Shown here: in pieces, positions 52,310 through 59,388 of the stretch
Position numbering within the stretch: position 1 is the stretch's first letter
How the letters are laid out: the number at the start of each line of letters is the position of its first letter
From: Spirochaetales bacterium
GTDB taxonomy: Bacteria; Spirochaetota; Spirochaetia; Treponematales; UBA12059
Assembly: GCA_016928955.1 (NCBI GenBank)
Contig: JAFGJV010000050.1
Coordinates: forward strand, 1 to 59,388
Direction of reading: 5' to 3'
DNA length: 59,388 nucleotides
The notes under the pieces: generated by a model
Told to the model about the DNA's origin: nothing
Database searches by the model: none
Seen by the model: only the letters and a program-made list of their open reading frames with translations
Made by a program: the position numbers and the translations under genes

Positions 52310-52315
52310 GCGGGC

Positions 52316-53662
52316 ATGGTTGAATCAGAGCGCGTCACCATGCTCAACACAGGCCGAACGGTCGCAGGGGCCTATGTGCTCTACTGGATGCAGGCAGCTC
52401 CCCGGGCACGCGACAACCCCGCCCTCGCCGTGGCGGTTGACCTGGCCAACGCCCAGAGGCTTCCCGTCCTGGCAGTGCACGTGCGGGACGGTTTGGGCAC
52501 GCCTGCCCGGACGGCCTGGATGGACTCGGGCCTTGAGGAAACCCGGACGGTCCTGTCGGACGCCGGCATAGGCTGCCTGGTACTGGACGATCCCGGCTTC
52601 CGTGTAGTAGAGGACCTGTGTGACGACGCGGCGGCCCTGGTGTGCGACGCGTCTATCGCGCGCCACTACCGGCGCCAGCGAACCAGCCTGGCTTCCCAGT
52701 TGCCTGTTCCCGTACTGGACGTGGATGGCCAAGCCGTGGTGCCCGTGGCCCATGCGTCGCCCAAGCAGGAGTGGTCCGCCCGCACCTTCAGAAACCGGGT
52801 GTCGGCCGCCGTGTCCTTGTACCTTGGGGGCACAGCCCTGCCCGTGCCCCACCCCAGGATAGCCGCGGCTGGTCGTGTGCCTGCCCAGGGGGATATCGCT
52901 CAGCCTACAATGCGTCTATCCGGATCTCCAACCCAGGCAACGCGGGACGCAGAGCAGACCCTGTTGCCGCCTCCGGGCTCGGCGGCCGGCGCGCGCCGGC
53001 TGAAAGCCTTCATCTCCAATGGCCTGGACTCATACGCCGAGGCCCGCAACGACCCGAGCCTGGAAGGAAGCTCGGGTTTATCTCCCTGGATAGCGTCGGG
53101 CTTTGTGTCGCCCGTCGCCGTGGCCAGGGCCGCCTACCGTCACGGAGGACCGGGAGCGGGAGCTTTTATCGAACAAGCCGTGATACGCCGCGAGCTGTGC
53201 CGCAATTACGCCTGGTACCGCCCGGCTGACTACGACGCGTGGGAAGGCCTCCCGGCCTGGAGCGTAACCGCCCTGGACGCGGCCAGCGCGCGCTCCCGCC
53301 CCCTTGAGTACTCCCTTGGGCAGCTCGAGGCAGGAGCCACCGCCGATCCGTACTGGAACGCCGCGCAGTCACAGCTTGTCAGGTCGGGCGTCATCCACAA
53401 TTACATGCGCATGTACTGGGGCAAGATGATCCTGGCCTGGATCAGGGACCCGCGGGAAGCGTTCCGCACGGCGCTGTACCTGAACGATCACTACGCCCTG
53501 GATGGCCGCGATCCCAACGGCTGGGCGGGCGTTGCCTGGTGTTTTGGCCTCCATGACCGTCCCTGGCCGGCCAGACCCGTGTTCGGCACGGTCAGGTCCA
53601 TGACCGCAAAAGGCCTTGAGCGCAAATTCGACGTAGCCGCCTATGTCAAGCGCTGGGCATAG
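52316..53662 (+). CDS. phrB: Class II CPD photolyase
   Basis: VLYWM, RARDNPAL, DPYWNAAQ, HNYMRMYWGK, LDGRDPNG. Confidence 0.88.
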   Translation: MVESERVTMLNTGRTVAGAYVLYWMQAAPRARDNPALAVAVDLANAQRLPVLAVHVRDGLGTPARTAWMDSGLEETRTVLSDAGIGCLVLDDPGFRVVEDLCDDAAALVCDASIARHYRRQRTSLASQLPVPVLDVDGQAVVPVAHASPKQEWSARTFRNRVSAAVSLYLGGTALPVPHPRIAAAGRVPAQGDIAQPTMRLSGSPTQATRDAEQTLLPPPGSAAGARRLKAFISNGLDSYAEARNDPSLEGSSGLSPWIASGFVSPVAVARAAYRHGGPGAGAFIEQAVIRRELCRNYAWYRPADYDAWEGLPAWSVTALDAASARSRPLEYSLGQLEAGATADPYWNAAQSQLVRSGVIHNYMRMYWGKMILAWIRDPREAFRTALYLNDHYALDGRDPNGWAGVAWCFGLHDRPWPARPVFGTVRSMTAKGLERKFDVAAYVKRWA

Positions 53663-53712
53663 CCCTCGGAATCGGGCAACGGCACAGCCTCCCCAGTGCG
53701 GCGTATTCGGAT

Positions 53713-53872
53713 TTGCCAAACGGACGGCCAGGCAGTACCATAGAATGACGGTGTTCCGTGCCCTGGCCACCGACTCCGCTCCTTTTGCCAGGGTTTGTCG
53801 GAACGCCCACAGCCAGGCGGAGCCGTACCGGCCAGGCCGGCAGCGCTCACGCCAAAGGAGACAGGTACAACC
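53713..53872 (+). promoter_or_regulatory. Promoter and structured 5' leader of the glutaredoxin-FTR pair
   Basis: TTGCCA-N17-TACCAT; nested stems 53750-53758/53799-53807 and 53761-53767/53787-53793. Confidence 0.5.
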
Positions 53873-54184
53873 ATGATAGATACGCTGGAATACACAAGCG
53901 TTGACGGGACACGATCGTCGCCTTCCATCACCGTGTACGCCCTGTCCACCTGCGGGTTCTGCAAGCGCGCCATGTCCTTCCTCCAGGGTCATGGGTTCAG
54001 ATACCGCTACGTGTATGTCGACCTCATACCTCTGGACGTCAAAGCGGAGGTCAAAAAGGAGCTGAAGGAAAAATACAAGGCCGACGTGGCCTTTCCCTTC
54101 GTCACCATCGACGACCGCGACCACCTGGTCGGCTTTATCGAGGCTGACTGGAAACGCACCCTGGGCGTGACCGATGAAAACTAA
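53873..54184 (+). CDS. Glutaredoxin/NrdH-like redoxin
   Basis: VYALSTCGFC and AFPF cis-Pro motif; RBS AAGGAG. Confidence 0.85.
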   Translation: MIDTLEYTSVDGTRSSPSITVYALSTCGFCKRAMSFLQGHGFRYRYVYVDLIPLDVKAEVKKELKEKYKADVAFPFVTIDDRDHLVGFIEADWKRTLGVTDEN

Positions 54185-54500
54185 GAGCACGGACGACGTA
54201 CGCAGCTTCACGACCATGGTCGCGAACAAACAGGGCTGGGTCCTCAATCCCGACGAGGAATTCACCGACAGCCTGGTTGACGGGCTTTGTGTCAACTGGA
54301 ACCGTTACGGCTACTTCCTGTGCCCCTGCCGCGACACGGAGGGAAGCAAGGAAGCCGACGAGTCGGTTATCTGCCCCTGCGTGTACGCCAGGAGCGACGT
54401 GGAGCGCTACGGCCACTGCTACTGCGCCCTCTTTCTTAGGCCGGACTTCGCGGCGGCCGGCGGGCAGCCCACCGGTATTCCGGACCGCCGCGGCAGCTAG
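54174..54500 (+). CDS. Ferredoxin:thioredoxin reductase catalytic subunit homologue
   Basis: CPCR, ICPC and GHCYCALF; overlaps the redoxin gene. Confidence 0.9.
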   Translation: MKTKSTDDVRSFTTMVANKQGWVLNPDEEFTDSLVDGLCVNWNRYGYFLCPCRDTEGSKEADESVICPCVYARSDVERYGHCYCALFLRPDFAAAGGQPTGIPDRRGS

Positions 54501-54563
54501 GATATCCCTGGCCCTCGCCCACGCCCTTGCCCCTCCATCATGGCGCAGGGTATCATCCGCGGC

Positions 54564-55718
54564 GTGGACGGAATATACCTTGACTGGGCCGCTACGGCCC
54601 CGCCCTATCCTGACCTCAGCCGCGCCGCCGCGGAACTTGCCGTGGACTTGTTCGGCAACCCGTCCAGCGCTCACGCAGCGGGGCGGGCGGCCAAGACCGC
54701 CTTTGAAGAAGCCAGAAAGCGGCTGGCCAAAGCCCTGGGTTGCGCTCCCGGCCATGTCAAATTCACGTCAGGCGGCTCCGAGGCCAACGCCATTGTGCTG
54801 TTGTCCCTCGTCTACGCCGCGTCTGGCGGCTCTGTCGTCATATCGGCCATAGAGCACTCGGCCGTGTACGAGCAGGCCATGGTCCTGGAGCGTTTTGGCA
54901 TCCGGGTACGCGTGGTCAAACCGGGCCCCGCCGGCATCGTGAGGCCAGGGGACGTTGCTGACGCCGTTGACGCGGACACGCGCCTTGTGTCCATCATGGC
55001 CGTGAACAACGAGACGGGCGCCATACAGCCTATAGGGGACATCGTGAGCGCCGTCCGAGACGCGTCAAAGGGCTTCCGCAAGGCTCCTCTTGTGCATAGC
55101 GACGCCGTACAGGCCTTTGGCAAAATCGGATTCAAGCCGGCCGAGCTCTGCCTTGACGCCGCATCTATGAGCGCCCACAAGCTAGGCGGCCCGAGGGGTT
55201 CAGGCTGCCTCTATCTGGCCCGCGGCCTGGACGTGCTGGTTCGCGGCGGCGGGCAGGAGGATGGCATACGGCCGGGAACGCACAACCTGGCCGGAGCGTG
55301 GGCTTTCTCCCAAGCGGCCGAGCGCGCCTGCGCTGACCTGCCCGCGTCCCTTGAGAACGCGCGCTCCCTGGAGGCCCGCCTCTTGGACGGCCTCCGTTCA
55401 ATTCCCGGAGCGCGCGTCCTTCCCGATGGCCGCGTACCTGCGTCGACCGACTACAGCCCCTACATCGTGGGCGCTGCGTTTCCCGGCCTTGGCGGGGAAA
55501 CGTTGGCCAGGGTCCTGGACGACCAGGGCATATACGTGTCCACCGGCGCTGCCTGCTCGCACGCAAAAAAGGAACGCCGCGTTATGGATGCCATGGGCGT
55601 GGACAGGGACCTGTCTTTTTCGGCCGTGAGGATATCCACGGGCCGGGACAGCACGGCGGCGGATATAGACCGCTTCCTTGAGGCAGCTGAATCAGCCTAT
55701 CGTCGTTACAAAACCTGA
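54564..55718 (+). CDS. Cysteine desulfurase (IscS/NifZ-like)
   Basis: IYLDWAAT, GNPSS, SAHK, STGAACS; GTG start chosen from the family N-terminus. Confidence 0.9.
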   Translation: MDGIYLDWAATAPPYPDLSRAAAELAVDLFGNPSSAHAAGRAAKTAFEEARKRLAKALGCAPGHVKFTSGGSEANAIVLLSLVYAASGGSVVISAIEHSAVYEQAMVLERFGIRVRVVKPGPAGIVRPGDVADAVDADTRLVSIMAVNNETGAIQPIGDIVSAVRDASKGFRKAPLVHSDAVQAFGKIGFKPAELCLDAASMSAHKLGGPRGSGCLYLARGLDVLVRGGGQEDGIRPGTHNLAGAWAFSQAAERACADLPASLENARSLEARLLDGLRSIPGARVLPDGRVPASTDYSPYIVGAAFPGLGGETLARVLDDQGIYVSTGAACSHAKKERRVMDAMGVDRDLSFSAVRISTGRDSTAADIDRFLEAAESAYRRYKT

Positions 55719-55766
55719 GCAAGCATGGGCGGCCGCCTGGCCAGCCCGCCTGGGACACTGCCTATA

Positions 55767-55872
55767 GGGAGCCTCTAAAAACGCAGTTTTTAGAGGGTTA
55801 CCTTAGAAAAATCTGCGTTTTCAGCCGAAAACGCAAGGGACTTTTAAAAACCATGAGGTTTTAGAGGTCCTC
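55767..55872. repeat. Family A full-length copy, inverted relative to 27294
   Basis: Shares CAGTTTTTAGAGGGTTACCTTAGAAAAA and TGCGTTTTC-GCCGAAAACGCA with the reverse complement of 27294-27399. Confidence 0.9.
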
Positions 55873-55920
55873 TATATGCATTGAGTATTCGAACATCCTG
55901 CAAGGCAATGGGAGACCACT

Positions 55921-57096
55921 GTGGATGCACTGTACCTCATCAAACTGGGCGAGATAGGCCTTAAGGAAGGCAACCGGGCCGCTTTCCAGGCCGCCTTGAA
56001 ACACGACATCAAACGGCGCCTGTCCGGGATCAAAACCGTGCTCGAGGTGAGGGATGGCCGCTATTACCTTGTCGTCGACCCTACCCATGCTCCCTTGGTC
56101 GAATATGTGCTATCCCGTACACCCGGCGTCAACGGTTGGGCCAGAGCGGAGCGGGCAGACAAGGATATGAGCGCCTTCGCGGCCATCGGCGTGGCCCTCA
56201 TGAAGGCCAAGGCCCAGAACGGGGCCAAAACCTTCAAGGTGGAAGCCAGGCGCTCGGATAAGGGCTTCCCGCTGGATTCTTACGGCATAGCGCGGGAATT
56301 GGGTGCCGTGGTGCTCGAGTCCGTGCCGTCCCTCCGGGTTGACGTACATCGTCCGGACGCAGTCCTCCACATTGAGGTGCGGGAAAAGGCCTATTTGTAT
56401 ACCGACGGCGAACCAGGCCCGCGCGGCCTGCCCGTAGGCTCCGGCGGCACGGGACTACTTTTACTGTCCGGCGGCATAGACAGCCCGGTAGCCGGTTGGA
56501 GGATGCTCAAGCGTGGCCTGGCCCTGGAAGCCCTTTACTTTAACGCCTACCCGTACACGTCCCGCGAGGCATGGGATAAGGTGCGCGACCTGGCTACCGT
56601 GCTGGCCAGGCATTCGGGCGGCATGGTTTTCCATACCGCGCCCTTTACCGACGTGCAGCTGGCCATCAAGACGGGGGCTCCGAGCGACCGCTCCACCCTG
56701 TACCTCCGGGCGTGCATGATGATGGCCGCCGACATGCTGGCCAAGCGACGGAGTCTCAATTCGCTCGTCACAGGAGAGAGCCTGGGTCAGGTGGCCAGCC
56801 AGACGGCGGAAAACATGCGCTTTACCGAGTCGTATACTGATATGGCCGTCCTGCGACCGCTTGCGGGCACTGACAAGGAAGACACGGTCCTGGAAGCCAA
56901 GGCCCTGGGCAGTTTTGACATATCCATACTGCCATACGAGGACTGCTGCGTGCTCTTCAGCCCCAAGCACCCGGTACTCAAGGCCCGTTTTGACGAGGAA
57001 AAGGCGGCGTTCGACGCTCTGAACCTCCGCCCCCTGGTGCAGGCCGCGGTGGACGCCGTGGAAACGGTCGCCTTACCCTTTAGCTTCCCGGCATAA
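55921..57096 (+). CDS. thiI: tRNA 4-thiouridine synthase, short form without rhodanese domain
   Basis: GEIGLK, THUMP domain, LLSGGIDSPVA, GESLGQVASQT, YEDCC. Confidence 0.93.
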   Translation: MDALYLIKLGEIGLKEGNRAAFQAALKHDIKRRLSGIKTVLEVRDGRYYLVVDPTHAPLVEYVLSRTPGVNGWARAERADKDMSAFAAIGVALMKAKAQNGAKTFKVEARRSDKGFPLDSYGIARELGAVVLESVPSLRVDVHRPDAVLHIEVREKAYLYTDGEPGPRGLPVGSGGTGLLLLSGGIDSPVAGWRMLKRGLALEALYFNAYPYTSREAWDKVRDLATVLARHSGGMVFHTAPFTDVQLAIKTGAPSDRSTLYLRACMMMAADMLAKRRSLNSLVTGESLGQVASQTAENMRFTESYTDMAVLRPLAGTDKEDTVLEAKALGSFDISILPYEDCCVLFSPKHPVLKARFDEEKAAFDALNLRPLVQAAVDAVETVALPFSFPA

Positions 57097-57130
57097 AAAA
57101 CGCGGAACGGGCCATGTGCCGTTCCGCGTT
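57095..57130 (-). terminator. Intrinsic terminator between convergent thiI and trxA
   Basis: AACGCGGAACGG/CCGTTCCGCGTT stem with an A-run on the left. Confidence 0.75.
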
Positions 57131-57157
57131 CGTAGCGCCAGCTGACGATCGCGCCGC

Positions 57158-57517
57158 TCAGGCTACCACGTTGAGCACGTCGCCTATAATGCGCTCGAAT
57201 TCTTTCTCGGGCAGGGCGCCCATGGCCACACGGGGCTCGCCGTCGAGCGGAATGAACAAAAGTGTCGGTATGCTCTGTACCCCGAACATGCCGGCCAGCT
57301 CGGGCTGGTCCTCGGTATCCACCTTGTATACATGGAGCTTTCCGGAATACTTGGTGGCCAGTCTGTCCAGCACGGGCGCTACCATCTTGCAGGGACCGCA
57401 CCAATCGGCGTAAAAGTCCACGATGGCCGGCAGATCGCCACGGTATTTCCATTCCTTCTCGTTTTCATAGTCAAAGATTTTTTCCTTGAACGCTTCCAGA
57501 GTCAGATGCTCAGCCAT
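57158..57517 (-). CDS. trxA: Thioredoxin
   Basis: DFYADWCGPC and SIPT; RBS GGAGG. Confidence 0.93.
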   Translation of the reverse strand: MAEHLTLEAFKEKIFDYENEKEWKYRGDLPAIVDFYADWCGPCKMVAPVLDRLATKYSGKLHVYKVDTEDQPELAGMFGVQSIPTLLFIPLDGEPRVAMGALPEKEFERIIGDVLNVVA

Positions 57518-57787
57518 AGATCCTCCATGCACCGCGCGTGTTCGTTGTCCGACCGCGCCTGTCGTTATTGCGGGCGTCCGTGCGGAAGCCCGGGCAGGCT
57601 GGAAGGCTTTGGAGTGTATCCTGTAGCCGCCATACCTGAAACAGTTCCTATTGATTCAGCCAAGGCTTTCTCGTCCCGGCCAGGAGGTAATATATTGTTT
57701 TTCATATATAAAATCCAGTCCCCCCTGGCATTCCGGCCAAGTTTAGTGCATGCTCAAGCCCTATGCCAGTAGCGGGAAGGAGAGTTC

Positions 57788-58174
57788 ATGACGCCGGGCA
57801 AGGACATCTTTGACAAAACCGTTGAGGAATGGCAGAACGAGCGGGCCATACTCAATGACATTGTGTTGGACAACGCGAATTTGGAGACAAAACGCTTTTT
57901 CAGCCTGGATTCGCAGACATACCGGGCAGGCGCCCTGGACGCGCGTACCAAGGAACTGCTGGGACTGGTTGCCAGCATGGTGCTCCGCTGCGACGATTGC
58001 ATCCTCTACCATACCATCAGGTGCAGGGAAGAAGGGGTAACGTCCGACCAGTACAAGGAAGCCTGCACGGTTGCCCTGGTCGTGGGCGGATCGATTGTTA
58101 TACCCCATCTACGAAGGGCCATGGCGCGTTGGACCGAGCTCGACGATTCTCCTGGCTCGGCATCCGGGCGATAA
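57788..58174 (+). CDS. Carboxymuconolactone decarboxylase/AhpD-like protein
   Basis: GALDARTKEL and RCDDCILYH; RBS AAGGAG. Confidence 0.85.
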   Translation: MTPGKDIFDKTVEEWQNERAILNDIVLDNANLETKRFFSLDSQTYRAGALDARTKELLGLVASMVLRCDDCILYHTIRCREEGVTSDQYKEACTVALVVGGSIVIPHLRRAMARWTELDDSPGSASGR

Positions 58175-58176
58175 CT

Positions 58177-58211
58177 GGCTGCTGACAAAACCGCTTGCCT
58201 TGTCAGCAGCC
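58177..58211. repeat. Perfect 12-bp inverted repeat
   Basis: GGCTGCTGACAA-N11-TTGTCAGCAGCC. Confidence 0.7.
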
Positions 58212-58238
58212 TGTTAAGAAGCCTCAAAATATTGTTGG

Positions 58239-58380
58239 TAGAACCAATTTCAAAAGTCTATTACTTCTGAAATTGGCTTTGCGATTGCTCGCGGTTGTTT
58301 GCATATTTCTCAACCGCTACGCAAATCACGTCTCAATATGTAGCTCCTTCAAAACTCGTCCGACTTTTGAAAGAGCCTCG
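58239..58380. repeat. Family B 142-bp repeat, inverted copy
   Basis: Reverse complement of 27407-27548. Confidence 0.9.
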
Positions 58381-58401
58381 GTTTGTTGAGCTTTCTTATG
58401 C

Positions 58402-58439
58402 AAAAGAGGCCGTCGGGTACCTGCCCGGCGGCCTTTTTT
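58402..58439. terminator. Bidirectional intrinsic terminator
   Basis: AAAAG-AGGCCGTCGGG..CCCGGCGGCCT-TTTTT between convergent genes. Confidence 0.75.
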
Positions 58440-58449
58440 ATCAAGCTGT

Positions 58450-58497
58450 CGAAAACGCGGGGAGCCTCTCATACCCAAGGGGGTAGTAGCGGTTCCC
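58450..58497. repeat. Degenerate partial family A copy
   Basis: CGAAAACGC-GGGGAGCCTCT..GGTTCCC followed by TTAA. Confidence 0.6.
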
Positions 58498-58535
58498 TTA
58501 AGCCTTTGGACAGCCTGGTCAGTCTGTCCTTGCCG

Positions 58536-59003
58536 TCAGAACCAGAATCTGAGCCCGAAGGCCCCCTGTACGCCAAAAGCGGGAAAGCGTATGGGATCCC
58601 CGAATTCAGCGGCAAGCGTCGGGGCAATCTCCAAAAATAGCTCCAGGTTTTTGATGGGAAACACATTGAGGCCTATAGGAAGGCGGCCGCCCAGAAGGAG
58701 GTTCTGCGCGTAGCCCAGGTAGAAACCGAGGCCAATGTAGTAGTTGAAAAAGGAGAACAGGTTGTCGTTGGCCATCCACCAGTCGGCGGTAAACCCAAAA
58801 GCCGTCTGCGCTTCCCCGAGGGTAAAGCCGACGCCCATGAGGAAGGGCAGCTCGCTGAGCTTGAGCGAGAGCATGACGTTGGATCCTGGCAGCCCGTTCA
58901 GGGGCTGAAGGCCAAAGGCGGCGCCTATGCCCAAGCCAAAGCTCGAGGGCACCGCTACGAGAAGTATCAGTGCCAGCGCGATAATAATGGTACGCGTTCT
59001 CAT
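58536..59003 (-). CDS. Small outer-membrane beta-barrel, DUF3996/BAPKO_0422-like
   Basis: Signal peptide, amphipathic strands, RLPIGL, ELFLEIAP, terminal GLRFWF; RBS GGAGG. Confidence 0.7.
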   Translation of the reverse strand: MRTRTIIIALALILLVAVPSSFGLGIGAAFGLQPLNGLPGSNVMLSLKLSELPFLMGVGFTLGEAQTAFGFTADWWMANDNLFSFFNYYIGLGFYLGYAQNLLLGGRLPIGLNVFPIKNLELFLEIAPTLAAEFGDPIRFPAFGVQGAFGLRFWF

Positions 59004-59388
59004 ACAACCTCCAAAATTATGCTATGCGAAAGACTTGTGGTATCGCGTCCACCACCCGGAACGGTTGCGGACGTAGTCCCATACTCGGCCACTGCGCGCT
59101 CTTGGTCAAGCCGCGTTCTTGCCGTTCATTGTCCTAATTTGTAGCGCTCTCAGGTGTAGATTTCAAGACATTTTATATTTTTTGTTGTATTTTTCCACAA
59201 AAAAGTAAATCCAAACCCCGCGAACCGTTTGTGCGTATCCCCACTGGAATACTTCCTGGCACGGGGTTTTCATATTCCCGCCTGGGATTCATACGCACGT
59301 GCGCTTTGCCGCCTTCCTGGCGGCTCGCTCCGGGCCGCGCTCGCGGCTCCGGCGCATCCCTGCGCCGGCCTCATTCAGTCGCGCTCGC

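Noticed and set aside
59191..59199. DnaA-box-like TTTTCCACA in an AT-rich region
   Set aside because: A single box with no cluster and no dnaA context, so not evidence for an origin
59004..59388. Possible riboswitch or ncRNA upstream of the outer-membrane barrel gene
   Set aside because: No recognisable consensus, and the region is truncated by the window edge

Overview
A GC-rich chromosomal segment, most likely from an anaerobic spirochaete (tandem flaA sheath genes, an orphan fliG paralogue, a Maf/DUF115 protein, a DUF3996-like outer-membrane barrel). It carries about 45 mostly housekeeping CDS: fba, clpB/tatD, a purB-guaB-purA-guaA-argR run, alpha-2-macroglobulin with pbpC, adk, uvrB, pdxR/pdxS, htrA, lepA, a class II photolyase, and a glutaredoxin/FTR/cysteine desulfurase/thiI/trx/AhpD-like redox cluster. 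I saw no rRNA, tRNA, CRISPR, prophage or transposase. The most unusual items are: (1) a trimeric [FeFe]-hydrogenase whose HydB keeps bifurcating-type signatures but has a full GltD/NfnL-like FAD/NADP(H) module in place of the C-terminal ferredoxin-like domain; (2) two families of AT-rich, triple-hairpin dispersed repeats (6 and 2 copies) that co-cluster at two sites; (3) recurrent leaderless promoters, including a lepA/photolyase pair sharing one palindromic -35; (4) a structured leader with an anti-SD loop upstream of the glutaredoxin-FTR pair; (5) several enzymes or regulators with altered catalytic or ligand motifs. Products were assigned by motif recognition by eye, and start codons were adjusted from the ORF track where RBS or promoter evidence supported it.
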